Positions 49,309 to 59,000 of a DNA stretch of 64,000 nt are shown piece by piece; the stretch's first letter is position 1, and each line of letters begins with the position of its first letter. Source of the stretch: Hydrogenophilales bacterium (GTDB lineage: Bacteria; Pseudomonadota; Gammaproteobacteria; Burkholderiales; Eutrophovitaceae); NCBI GenBank assembly GCA_902601765.1, contig CACKOO010000001.1, positions 807-64,806 of the forward strand, written 5' to 3'. The notes under the pieces were generated by a model. The model saw only the letters and a program-made list of their open reading frames with translations. It was not told the origin of the DNA and did not search any database. Made by a program: the position numbers and the translations under genes.

Positions 49309-49347
49309 GGTTTTCGATTTGTGGCGTATTAATTGATTTTAGTAATA

Positions 49348-49587
49348 TTATTTTTTTGCAAAAATTGTTTTTGTCACATTATAAACTTGGGCAATTAGGT
49401 AATCACTAATAACGTTGAGCTCTCTTTTTTCCCGGGGATGTTTTACTTGAAGTGCCTTAATTGCGTCATTAATCGATTTCGTGAGTTTATCTTGGATAAT
49501 AATCTCAACAGTATCATTGGATTTGTTTTCCACATCCTTACCGGGCCCCGATACGGCTTCTGTTAATTTTGGAATAGCGTCGCCCAT
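49348..49587 (-). CDS. Small hypothetical protein between holC and valS
   Basis: 79-aa co-directional ORF filling the gap. N-terminal IPKLTEAV resembles the IPxLTxV start of proteins seen at this position in other proteobacteria. Confidence 0.6.
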   Translation of the reverse strand: MGDAIPKLTEAVSGPGKDVENKSNDTVEIIIQDKLTKSINDAIKALQVKHPREKRELNVISDYLIAQVYNVTKTIFAKK

Positions 49588-49677
49588 GCGTTTTTATAGT
49601 TGTTCGGCTATTGAAATGAAAGTTTAATTACCATAGTCATTATTATATTGAATTTTCGGACCAACAGATAATTAAAA

Positions 49678-50112
49678 TTACTGTTTCTCCGGTTTGATGT
49701 CCATTTGATAGTTTTTTATAAAATACCCTCTATCTTTATAAAATTTGAATTTTTTCCGCGCCGATATTTGGACCTCTTTTTTTTTATCCACGATTTCAAT
49801 TAGTCTTTCAAACGTGCTGAAGCATTTAGGAATTTCGTTTGTTAAGTTGATTAAAATGCCGGATTGCCTAATTGATATTTGTTCATGACCAATCATTATC
49901 GGAGTTAACTCGATTATAGGACTATTACTGGTACAATTGGGGAAAAAATTGGGTGCCGGCATTGACCACAGTAGATCGGACATTGTTTTAGATTCGGATT
50001 TACTTGTGGTTAAGATTGATACTTTAATTTTTTTTTGGATTGCTTTTTGACACACTTTGATGGCAATGTGAAATCTGTCATTCGTGTGGGAGTAAAAAGT
50101 TATTGAAGTCAT
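49678..50112 (-). CDS. holC: DNA polymerase III chi subunit
   Basis: Motifs ITFY, DLLW, LINL, FERLIEIV and ARKKFKFYKDRGY; pepA-holC-valS order. Confidence 0.92.
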   Translation of the reverse strand: MTSITFYSHTNDRFHIAIKVCQKAIQKKIKVSILTTSKSESKTMSDLLWSMPAPNFFPNCTSNSPIIELTPIMIGHEQISIRQSGILINLTNEIPKCFSTFERLIEIVDKKKEVQISARKKFKFYKDRGYFIKNYQMDIKPEKQ

Positions 50113-50162
50113 GGGAGGAAATCAATCCAGTCATACTTTTTAAATGTTAATTTAATATGAAA

Positions 50163-51644
50163 TTACCATCCAGATTTAGACATTAAAAACTGACATAGAA
50201 GCGGAACAGGACGGCCTGTAGCTCCTTTATTTTTTCCGGAAATCCACGCTGTACCTGCAATGTCAAGGTGCGCCCACGGAAAGTTGGCAAATTTTTCAAG
50301 AAAACATGCCGCGGTTACGCTTCCAGCTCCTCGGCCACCAATATTAGCCATGTCTGCAAAATTACTTTCAAGTTGTTCGTGGTAGTCTGACCATGTTGGC
50401 ATACGCCAGACTCTATCCCACGATTCATTACCCGCTAATTCTAATTGACTGGCCAATTCCTCGTTATTACTAAAAAGGCCAGTAGCGACATTCCCAAGGG
50501 CGACCACGCATGCACCAGTTAAGGTTGCAACATCAACTACTGCTGTTGGTTTAAATCTTTTTGCGTAGGTAAGAGCATCGCACAAAACCAAACGTCCTTC
50601 GGCGTCGGTATTTAAAATTTCTATAGTTTTACCTGACATACTGGTCACCACATCTGATGGTCTAGTTGCACCACCGCCGGGCATATTTTCACTAGCTGGA
50701 ACAAGCGCGACCACATTTATTGGCAACCTCATCTTAGCGATTGCGTGCATGGTGCCGATCACACTGCCTGCACCACACATGTCATATTTCATTTCATCCA
50801 TCCCTCCGGAGGGTTTCAATGATATTCCACCTGTATCAAAAGTTATCCCTTTCCCAACTAGCACCACTGGTTTTTGGGATTTCCGTCCGCCCGAATACTT
50901 AATAATTATAAATTGAGGTGGCTCGTAGCTGCCATTTGCCACGGAAAGTAACGATCCCATTCCGAGCGTCTCCATTTCTTTTCTCGCGAGCACTTTTACA
51001 GAGATATTCTTTTGCCTATTAAGTATTTTCGCTTTATTTGCTAGGAAAGTTGGTGTGCAAATATTCGGTGGTAGGTTTCCTAAATGTCTTGCTAAATTGC
51101 TACCTTCCCCTATTGCTTTACCTCTAATTGTAGCTTCACGAATTTGCGTTTTTGAGTCACTTTCTCCAATAATATGGACCCGTGTCAAAGAGTAGTCCTT
51201 TGTTGATATATTCTTCGTATGTGAATATATATAACTTTTTTCTATAAAAACTCTAGATATTGTCTGTATAACCCATTCTGTTTCAAAATTAGGATTGTCA
51301 AAATCATTTGACACCATCGTGATCTCTGTTATTCCTAATTTTTTTAAGTTATCAAAGGCTGAGCCTATCGCTTTTTGATATGTGCCTCTGGAAAGGGAAT
51401 TAAAATCACCTAACCCGATTAGAAGAATTCCTTTGCAGGATTCATTCACGTCTTCTTGTAAATAAATTGTATCTCCCGGCTTTCCCGAAAACCTTGTCTC
51501 TTTTAGGACTTTCTTTATTCGATTATTAGTCAGTTTGTTAATTGAAATTGAAGAGGGAGATAACTTAAGGTTTGAAAAAAACGGCAAAATTATACAACCA
51601 CTTACTAACTTTTCAAGCTGTCCAGATTTTATGATAAAGTTCAC
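50163..51644 (-). CDS. pepA: Leucyl aminopeptidase
   Basis: Motifs GKGITFDTGGISLK, MKYDMCGA, NTDAEGRL, ATLTG and HLDIAG; GTG start. Confidence 0.97.
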   Translation of the reverse strand: MNFIIKSGQLEKLVSGCIILPFFSNLKLSPSSISINKLTNNRIKKVLKETRFSGKPGDTIYLQEDVNESCKGILLIGLGDFNSLSRGTYQKAIGSAFDNLKKLGITEITMVSNDFDNPNFETEWVIQTISRVFIEKSYIYSHTKNISTKDYSLTRVHIIGESDSKTQIREATIRGKAIGEGSNLARHLGNLPPNICTPTFLANKAKILNRQKNISVKVLARKEMETLGMGSLLSVANGSYEPPQFIIIKYSGGRKSQKPVVLVGKGITFDTGGISLKPSGGMDEMKYDMCGAGSVIGTMHAIAKMRLPINVVALVPASENMPGGGATRPSDVVTSMSGKTIEILNTDAEGRLVLCDALTYAKRFKPTAVVDVATLTGACVVALGNVATGLFSNNEELASQLELAGNESWDRVWRMPTWSDYHEQLESNFADMANIGGRGAGSVTAACFLEKFANFPWAHLDIAGTAWISGKNKGATGRPVPLLCQFLMSKSGW

Positions 51645-51714
51645 CGTATATCTCCAATTTGTTTATAATTATATTGATTATGTCTTCTCAGGTGGTGAAA
51701 AGTCAAAAATACGA

Positions 51715-52806
51715 ATGCTCTTTCGATCATCCTTAATTAAAGAATACGCGGAGACTGGGATTGCTACTTTCCTTGTTTTATGTGGAATTACATTCACAAC
51801 GCAATTCATAAGGTTTCTTGGTTACGCCGCTAAGGGCCGTATAGCCACCGATACGGTTTTTACATTCCTCGGTTTTGCCACCCTAAGGTATCTCCCCGTT
51901 ATTATCATAGTCACGGTTTTTGTTTCCATTTTGTTGGTACTAACTCGCAGCTTTCGAGATTCAGAAATGTTTGTCTGGTTTGCGTCAGGGCAATCCCTCA
52001 CATGCTGGGTTCGCCCCACTATGATTTATGCTACTCCAATGGTTTTGCTTGTGGCTTTCTTAAGTCTATTCTTGGCTCCATGGGCTTCAGGCAAGTCAGA
52101 AGAATATAAAAGACAAATAGAGAGTCGTGACGAAGTATCAGCTATATCTCCGGGAGTTTTTAAGGAGTCTCGATCGGGAGATCGAGTCTTTTTTGTTGAT
52201 AAGTTAGCGATAGATTTAACTGTGGTTCAAAATATTTTTATGTATTCAGAGGAAGCCGAAGAGTCTGGTATAACGGTGGCGAAAAAGGGGCATCAAGAGT
52301 TGTTACCCAACGGTGAGCGTTACTTAGTTTTAGAAAAAGGTAGAAGGTATTTCGGACCGTTAGGTTCGGCCGCCTTCAAAATTATAGAATTTGATAAATA
52401 TGGAATCAAGATTGAGTCCAAAAAATTGAATCAATATGTTCCGGATGTAAAAGCCAGGTCGACCCTAGTCCTTTTGTCTGAAAAAAATTCTACATCCCAA
52501 GCTGAACTCGTTTGGCGATTAGGTTTTCCTATTAGTGCCGCTCTTCTCGCGCTTTTGGCTATCCCACTTTCGTTTGTTAACCCGAGAACTGGACGTTCCT
52601 TAAACCTTTTAATTGCTATCCTCGTTTACCTAGTCTACAGCAATGTTTCTAATATGATGCAAGCATGGATAGCGCAAGGAATAGTATCGCCAGCGATTGG
52701 GATATTCGCACTTCATTCAACAATGGTTATCGTTATTTGTTTGCTGTTCCATATGAGATATCCGGTGCTTAGAAAACGAATAACTAGAAAAGTAGTGGGA
52801 ATATGA
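51715..52806 (+). CDS. lptF: LPS export ABC transporter permease LptF
   Basis: Motifs RDSEM..W.ASG, PGVF, GRRY, AELVWR and IPLSFVNPRTGR. Start set at ATG 51715; the longer ORF would overlap divergent pepA. Confidence 0.93.
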   Translation: MLFRSSLIKEYAETGIATFLVLCGITFTTQFIRFLGYAAKGRIATDTVFTFLGFATLRYLPVIIIVTVFVSILLVLTRSFRDSEMFVWFASGQSLTCWVRPTMIYATPMVLLVAFLSLFLAPWASGKSEEYKRQIESRDEVSAISPGVFKESRSGDRVFFVDKLAIDLTVVQNIFMYSEEAEESGITVAKKGHQELLPNGERYLVLEKGRRYFGPLGSAAFKIIEFDKYGIKIESKKLNQYVPDVKARSTLVLLSEKNSTSQAELVWRLGFPISAALLALLAIPLSFVNPRTGRSLNLLIAILVYLVYSNVSNMMQAWIAQGIVSPAIGIFALHSTMVIVICLLFHMRYPVLRKRITRKVVGI

Positions 52807-53879
52807 GAACCCTAAGACGCTATATTGGGCGGGAAATTTACGTGGCTACTATCTTAGTATTTTTGGGTCTGTTATCTTTATTTGCTTTTTTTGATTTTAT
52901 TCACGAAATGGGGGATCTTGACCAAGGCAGGTATCACATTGGAACAGCGCTTATTTATGTGGTTTTTAGTCTACCAGGTCGGGCCTATGAAATATTACCA
53001 GTCGCGGTTTTAATAGGGGCATTATTTTCTCTATCCTATTTCGTCTCAACTTCAGAGTATGCAGTTATGAGAGCATCAGGTCTTTCCATGAGGCGCACGG
53101 TAACTACACTAGCCCAAATAGGGCTTATTCTATCAGCTTTGACTTTTCTTTTTGGTGAGTTCGTTGCACCTTTGAGCGAGCAAGCCGCCCAAAAAGTACG
53201 TCTTAAAGCAACTACAAGCAATGTTATCGCGCAAAATTTTCGCTCTGGCTTATGGGTAAAAGATGATAATAAATTTGTCAATGTCACCAGGGTTATGCCA
53301 GAGAACGTAATGCATAATATTAAAATTTACGAGTTTGACTCAGAGTACAGATTACTGACCATCACGAGAGTGAAACGAGGTGAGTACCAAAAAGCAAACT
53401 TATGGTTACTAAAAGATATCACTAGAACGAGATTCAATCAGGACACAACCGAAGTAGAAAATATAACCGAAGTAATTTGGCATTCGGTGCTAAGTCCATC
53501 TATATTAAATATGCTTATGGTTGTGCCAGAACAAATGTCGGTATGGGACTTATATTCTTTTATAGGCCATCTTCGTGAGAATCGCCAAGATGCAGCCCGA
53601 TATGAAATTGCGCTTTGGCAAAAGCTGATATATCCATTCGCTGTTCTGGTAATGATTATTATGGCTCTACCGTTTGCAAACTTTAGGGGACGGCAAGTTG
53701 GCGTCGGAGCTAAAATATTTCTCGGTATAATGCTTGGATTATTATTTCACCTATCTAATCGTTTGTTCGGCCATGTTGGCCTTCTCAATGCGTGGCCTCC
53801 GATATTAAGTGCGATATTGCCGACCCTATTATTTCTTTCTTTGGCAATCTTGATGCTGAGAAAAGAGGAAAAACGTTAA
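52803..53879 (+). CDS. lptG: LPS export ABC transporter permease LptG
   Basis: Motifs SEYAVMRASGLS, GEFVAP, SGLWVKD, PEQMS and YEIALWQK. Confidence 0.94.
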   Translation: MRTLRRYIGREIYVATILVFLGLLSLFAFFDFIHEMGDLDQGRYHIGTALIYVVFSLPGRAYEILPVAVLIGALFSLSYFVSTSEYAVMRASGLSMRRTVTTLAQIGLILSALTFLFGEFVAPLSEQAAQKVRLKATTSNVIAQNFRSGLWVKDDNKFVNVTRVMPENVMHNIKIYEFDSEYRLLTITRVKRGEYQKANLWLLKDITRTRFNQDTTEVENITEVIWHSVLSPSILNMLMVVPEQMSVWDLYSFIGHLRENRQDAARYEIALWQKLIYPFAVLVMIIMALPFANFRGRQVGVGAKIFLGIMLGLLFHLSNRLFGHVGLLNAWPPILSAILPTLLFLSLAILMLRKEEKR

Positions 53880-53913
53880 ATATTACAGTTAACTGTCTTG
53901 AGAAAAATCAAGA

Positions 53914-54339
53914 CTAAGAGTCAATTTTGAAATTAGTTATTCTAGTTCCAGCTAATCGATCGTGGAGTAAGCATTTGTCTTTGTCGAACATCATCCAAAC
54001 TATTCCAATTAATAATAAGATACTCGGTAAACTTAGCAGATATCTTATAATACCTATTTTAGGCGTCAAAAGAGCGCCTTCTGATGTTAGGAGTTTCAGA
54101 TTCCAAGTTTTCATGGCTAAAGTCTGGCCGGAAGATGTCCAGCACCACACAAAGTAAACCCCGCAAACGGAGAAAAGATACATTTGAAAAACAAAATCAG
54201 GTACGTTTCCTGTGGCGGGAAGAAATAGACCAACATAAGGATAACTGGCTATAAACAATATTCCAGAAATTAGGATAGTTTCATAAATTAAGGAGGCTAA
54301 GACTCTAAAAGATATAGAAGTTTTTTCTTTTTTATTCAT
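53914..54339 (-). CDS. RDD family membrane protein
   Basis: Motifs RVLASLIYE, GQTLAMKTW and LHDRLAGT. Confidence 0.9.
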   Translation of the reverse strand: MNKKEKTSISFRVLASLIYETILISGILFIASYPYVGLFLPATGNVPDFVFQMYLFSVCGVYFVWCWTSSGQTLAMKTWNLKLLTSEGALLTPKIGIIRYLLSLPSILLLIGIVWMMFDKDKCLLHDRLAGTRITNFKIDS

Positions 54340-54466
54340 TTATTGAATTCCGATTCACAGTTTTTTTAATAGTACCATTAGAGAATAATCATCCATAATA
54401 AAGTTGTGGAAATTTTAAAGTGTTTTTGTGGACGGGAAGTAATTCGTTTAGAATAATGGTATAAAC

Positions 54467-55045
54467 ATGATAAATACCAATTTGACAGATCATTTTTTAA
54501 TCGCAATGTCGGGATTAAACGACTCGTGCTTCGGTGGAACGCTAACTTATATTTGCGAACACTCGTTAGAAAATGGAGCGATGGGACTTGTAATCAATAA
54601 ACCTTTACAAGCGTCATTATTCTCCTTGTTACAAAATGTAAATATCAACACAGAAAATTCAAAACTCAACAAAGTTCCTGTTTATTTCGGAGGACCGGTA
54701 AATGTAGACCATGGTTTTGTGCTACATAGACCGAATGGTCAATGGGAGTCTACGGTATCTGTTACAACAGAAGTCGAATTAACAACATCGAAAGACATCC
54801 TTAACGCTTTTAGCTCCAGCAACGTATCTGCTTCGTTTTCGCCAGGGGACTTTCTGGTCTCCGTTGGTTATGCTGGTTGGTCTGCGGGACAATTAGAAGA
54901 TGAAATCAGTCAAAACTCTTGGTTAAGTGTTAAAGCTGATCCGAAAATAATTTTTGAAGTTTCGTATGAATACAGACTTAAAGCGGCAATGGATAAAATA
55001 GGGGTATCATCTCTAAGCTTGGCCAGTGGTTTTGGTCATGCGTAA
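54467..55045 (+). CDS. yqgE: YqgE/AlgH family protein
   Basis: Motifs HFLIAM, GAMGLVINKP, GGPV, GFVLH, GYAGW..GQLE.EI..NSW and C-terminal GHA. Confidence 0.94.
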   Translation: MINTNLTDHFLIAMSGLNDSCFGGTLTYICEHSLENGAMGLVINKPLQASLFSLLQNVNINTENSKLNKVPVYFGGPVNVDHGFVLHRPNGQWESTVSVTTEVELTTSKDILNAFSSSNVSASFSPGDFLVSVGYAGWSAGQLEDEISQNSWLSVKADPKIIFEVSYEYRLKAAMDKIGVSSLSLASGFGHA

Positions 55046-55081
55046 TAAAAATTTCTTGAAAGGATTACTTTAGGTCCGGAT

Positions 55082-55501
55082 TTGGTGACTACTGTTTTAG
55101 CTCTTGATTACGGAAGACGACGAATCGGTGTTGCGGTCGGAGACATCCAGCTCAAAATAGCCCATCCTCTTTTTATTATAGATTCTGTAAAGTGGATTGA
55201 CCGGGAAAAAAACTTAAAAAAATTGGTGGAAGAATGGAAACCATCACGATTAGTAGTCGGTATTCCAACCAAGTCTGATGGATCTGAGCATGAACTTGCC
55301 GAGGAGATAAGAGTTTTCTGTAAAAAAATTCAAGAATTATTTCAGATACCTGTAATATTGATTAATGAGGATTATACTTCTGCAGAATCGGAGATGAGAT
55401 TATCCGCCATTGGCATAAAAGGAATAGAGCAAAAAAAATATGTAGATTCAGTAGCAGCTACTACTATCCTAGAGGATTTTTTTAAAAACTATGATTGCTA
55501 A
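55082..55501 (+). CDS. ruvX: YqgF/RuvX family nuclease (pre-16S rRNA processing)
   Basis: Motifs LALDYGRRRIGVAVG, VVGIP, NEDYTS and DSVAA..IL. Confidence 0.93.
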   Translation: MVTTVLALDYGRRRIGVAVGDIQLKIAHPLFIIDSVKWIDREKNLKKLVEEWKPSRLVVGIPTKSDGSEHELAEEIRVFCKKIQELFQIPVILINEDYTSAESEMRLSAIGIKGIEQKKYVDSVAATTILEDFFKNYDC

Positions 55502-56000
55502 CCTGCCAAATGCAGAAAATTTATTCGGAAAACTAGAGAGAAAGATAGCCCCTCACGTTTCGGAAGAGACAGGAATTATTGGCATCCATACAGGTGGTGT
55601 TTGGTTGGCGAGCCGCTTGCACCATGCTTTTGGGATAAAGGTGCCATTAGGGGTGATAGACGTCTCATTTTATCGAGATGATTACGCACAAAGGGGATTA
55701 AAATCGAAAGTATACCCATCTAGCATTAATTTTGAGGTTGAGAATCGGGATATTATTCTAGTTGATGATGTTCTTCATTCGGGACGAACAGTCAGAGCTG
55801 CCATCAACGAAATTTTTGACCACGGAAGACCCAAGAAAATAATGTTGGGAATCCTTTTAGATCGCGGAGACAGGCATCTTCCGATTACGGCTGACTTTAT
55901 TGGTGGTACTATTGCCCCCGAAACGGATGATAAAATTTCTTTGAAGCGGTCTGAGGAGGGAACTTTTGAGCTCTTTATGAATTCGGAGAATACTAAATGA
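55491..56000 (+). CDS. pyrR: PyrR family pyrimidine regulator / uracil phosphoribosyltransferase
   Basis: Motifs [27 protein letters not shown] and DRGDRHLPI. Confidence 0.93.
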   Translation: MIANLPNAENLFGKLERKIAPHVSEETGIIGIHTGGVWLASRLHHAFGIKVPLGVIDVSFYRDDYAQRGLKSKVYPSSINFEVENRDIILVDDVLHSGRTVRAAINEIFDHGRPKKIMLGILLDRGDRHLPITADFIGGTIAPETDDKISLKRSEEGTFELFMNSENTK

Positions 56001-56947
56001 ATCCACAGCTGGATAAAGCAGGAAAACTGCGGCATTTTCTGACAACGGAATTTCTTCCGAAAGAGATTTTGTTGCAAATATTAGATACAGCTGAATCTTT
56101 CACTCGTGTTACCAAAAGAAACGTGAAAAAAGTACCTCTACTTAGGGGGAAAACTCTTTTTAACCTGTTTTTTGAGGCAAGTACTCGTACTAGAACCACT
56201 TTTGAAATAGCCGCTAAAAGGCTTTCAGCTGATGTGGTTAATATTAATATTAGTACTTCAGCACAATCTAAAGGTGAAAGTCTACTAGACACCATAGCAA
56301 ATCTTTCAGCGATGCATGCCGATATGTTCGTGGTACGCCATGCACGGAGCGGTGCACCTTTTTTTATTGCTAAACATGTTGCTCCCCATATCCATGTCAT
56401 AAATGCTGGTGATGGGTCGCATGCGCATCCCACACAAGCATTACTTGATATGTACACTATTAGGCATTTCAAAAAGAAATTTGATGGTTTGAGAGTTGCT
56501 ATCGTCGGTGACATAACAAACTCTAGAGTTGCTCGATCACAAATCCATGCTTTAAATATTTTAGGGGTATCTGAAGTTCGGGTAATTGCCCCAAAAACCT
56601 TATTACCGGTAGCAATTGAAAGACTAGGTGTTTCTGTTTTTTATGACATAAGGTTAGGACTAAAAGATGTTGATGTTGTAATAATGCTAAGGTTACAAAG
56701 AGAAAGGATGCGAGGAATAAATTTACCAAGTTCCCAGGAGTTTTTTAATACATACGGTCTTACTATAGATAAGTTATCTGTGGCTAAACATGACGTCATA
56801 GTTATGCATCCGGGACCCATTAACCGAGGAGTTGAGATTGACTCCAGTGTGGCCGACGGAAATTCATCGGTGATCCTTCCACAAGTCACTTTTGGGATAG
56901 CAGTGCGGATGGCAGTGATGTCAATTTTAGCAGGACATTCTATATGA
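55997..56947 (+). CDS. pyrB: Aspartate carbamoyltransferase catalytic subunit
   Basis: Motifs [31 protein letters not shown] and MHPGP.NRG. Confidence 0.97.
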   Translation: MNPQLDKAGKLRHFLTTEFLPKEILLQILDTAESFTRVTKRNVKKVPLLRGKTLFNLFFEASTRTRTTFEIAAKRLSADVVNINISTSAQSKGESLLDTIANLSAMHADMFVVRHARSGAPFFIAKHVAPHIHVINAGDGSHAHPTQALLDMYTIRHFKKKFDGLRVAIVGDITNSRVARSQIHALNILGVSEVRVIAPKTLLPVAIERLGVSVFYDIRLGLKDVDVVIMLRLQRERMRGINLPSSQEFFNTYGLTIDKLSVAKHDVIVMHPGPINRGVEIDSSVADGNSSVILPQVTFGIAVRMAVMSILAGHSI

Positions 56948-58236
56948 AATTAAGCATTCTGAACGGTCGGGTAATAGATCCCACTTCAGGTTTTGATAGA
57001 ATTGAAGATTTATTTTTGTCGGATGGAATGGTAAGCGGTGTTGCAAGTGCTCCTGATGGTTTTGTTTCCGAGCGGGTAATTGACGCATCCGATAAAATAG
57101 TTTGCCCCGGTCTTGTGGACATAGCCGTCCGTCTTGGAGAATCTGGAGAAGAGTACAGAGCAACATTGGAGAGGGAGCTTCGGGCTGCAGTAGCGGGCGG
57201 CATCACGTCATTAGGTTGTCCTCCTGATACAACACCAGTTCTTGACCAACCGGGATTAGTTACCATGTTAGTTGATCGCGCGGGAGCACTGAATTCTGCA
57301 AAGATTTTTCCAGTAGGTGCTATGACCCAGTCTTTGGAAGGGGATTACCTAGCTGAAATGGTGGCGTTAAAACAAGCCGGATGTGTGGCTTTTTCGCAAG
57401 GGGATAGCGTACTTCCGAATGCTGGAGTTTTAAAAAGAGTTATGGAATATGCGAGTACTTTTGATTTTAGCATTTGGCTACGGCCACAAGAAGAATTCTT
57501 GAGTCATAATGGAGTAATTCATGAGGGAGAGGTTGCGACGAGGTTGGGACTATCCGGTATTCCGACTATCGCCGAGACCATGGCAGTCTCTATAATTCTG
57601 ATGTTAGCTAAGGAAACCGGTGCAAGCATCCATCTTTGCCGACTTTCTAGTCTTTCAGCAGTGGAGTTGGTTCGTTTGGCTAAACACGAGGGTGTAAAAG
57701 TTACGTGTGATGTGGCAATCAATAACCTACATCTTTCAGACATAGATATTGGTTTTTTTGATACTAATTACAGATTAACTCCGCCGTTACGCAGTACAAG
57801 AGACAGAGAGGGGTTGCGCGCTGGCTTAGTCGATAATAGTGTGGATTTAATATGTTCTAATCATTCTCCTGTAAAGTACGATTACAAAAAACTTCCTTTG
57901 GAGGAGTCCTATAGTGGTGCAAGTGGGGTTGAGATGTTATTACCTTTGACTTTGCAGTGGGCTAGAGAAGAAGGCATACCCTTGATAGTAGCTTTAGCAA
58001 AGGTTACTTCGGCGCCACGAAGAATTCTGGGAAATTCTGAACGTAAGATTGCTGTGGGTGAAATTGCAGATTTGTGTATTTTTGACCCTGAATATCCTTG
58101 GATTGTTAATGATAATAGTATTTTAAGCTCTGGCAAAAATACACCATTCTGGGACTCTGAACTCGTTGGTCGAGTGACGCATACGATAATTGATGGTGAG
58201 GTTGTTTTCACAAAAGATGAAGATAAATCTTTATGA
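56944..58236 (+). CDS. pyrC: Dihydroorotase-like protein, probably the catalytically inactive PyrC' subunit of ATCase
   Basis: Amidohydrolase fold ([17 protein letters not shown]). HxH is replaced by IAVR and the catalytic Asp motif reads SNHSP. Translationally coupled to pyrB. Confidence 0.88.
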   Translation: MKLSILNGRVIDPTSGFDRIEDLFLSDGMVSGVASAPDGFVSERVIDASDKIVCPGLVDIAVRLGESGEEYRATLERELRAAVAGGITSLGCPPDTTPVLDQPGLVTMLVDRAGALNSAKIFPVGAMTQSLEGDYLAEMVALKQAGCVAFSQGDSVLPNAGVLKRVMEYASTFDFSIWLRPQEEFLSHNGVIHEGEVATRLGLSGIPTIAETMAVSIILMLAKETGASIHLCRLSSLSAVELVRLAKHEGVKVTCDVAINNLHLSDIDIGFFDTNYRLTPPLRSTRDREGLRAGLVDNSVDLICSNHSPVKYDYKKLPLEESYSGASGVEMLLPLTLQWAREEGIPLIVALAKVTSAPRRILGNSERKIAVGEIADLCIFDPEYPWIVNDNSILSSGKNTPFWDSELVGRVTHTIIDGEVVFTKDEDKSL

Positions 58237-59000
58237 AAATTGCTACTTGGAACGTAAATTCGATTAGAGTCCGATTGCCACACCTTACATCTTGGATCGA
58301 TAGTCAATTGCCTGATTTGGTTGCTATACAAGAAACTAAAGTAGAGGATTGTGATTTCCCGATCGCTGCTTTGGAGAAAATTGGATACGCAGCATTTTTC
58401 TCAGGCCAAAAGTCGTATAACGGGGTAGCAATAATTTACAAAAAATCAAGTGATTTAAAAAAAATTGAGGGCCCCCACTTTCCCGATTCCCAAAAACGGT
58501 TTTTAGCGGTGAATTTTTTAGGAATTGATTTGATAAATATTTATGTTCCAAACGGAAATAGCGTGGGGTCAGATAAATATCAATATAAAATGGATTGGTT
58601 GCTTGTCCTGCAGAATTGGATAGCTAAAAGATTAAAAGAAAACAAAAATATGATAGTGATGGGTGATTTCAATATCGCACCTGAAGACATTGATGTGCAT
58701 GACGTTGATATGTGGAAGGATAAAATTTTGTGCAGTAAGCTGGAAAGAGATGCCTTCAATAAAATAATAAATTTGGGGTTTTGTGATGCGTATAGATCAC
58801 TTCACATGAAAGATAAATCATTTACGTGGTGGGATTACCGGCTAAACGGATTTAAGAGAAATCTCGGCTTGCGTATTGATCACATTTTAGTTTCAACCAG
58901 CATTAGCAACTCAATAAAAAACGTTGGGATAGAAAAAAGCCTTAGGGAGATGGATAGACCTTCGGATCATGCTTTAGTTTTTGCTGAGCTTGACGCCTAG
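58233..59000 (+). CDS. xth: Exodeoxyribonuclease III
   Basis: Motifs [43 protein letters not shown] and SDH. Confidence 0.96.
   Translation: MKIATWNVNSIRVRLPHLTSWIDSQLPDLVAIQETKVEDCDFPIAALEKIGYAAFFSGQKSYNGVAIIYKKSSDLKKIEGPHFPDSQKRFLAVNFLGIDLINIYVPNGNSVGSDKYQYKMDWLLVLQNWIAKRLKENKNMIVMGDFNIAPEDIDVHDVDMWKDKILCSKLERDAFNKIINLGFCDAYRSLHMKDKSFTWWDYRLNGFKRNLGLRIDHILVSTSISNSIKNVGIEKSLREMDRPSDHALVFAELDA

Noticed and set aside
54340-54466. Degenerate DnaA-box-like words (TTGTGGA twice, 22 bp apart) suggesting an origin
   Set aside because: No perfect box, a short spacer and no oriC-type neighbours; more likely ordinary divergent promoter sequence.
55993-56514. 173-aa minus-strand ORF opposite pyrB
   Set aside because: Antisense shadow of a conserved gene.
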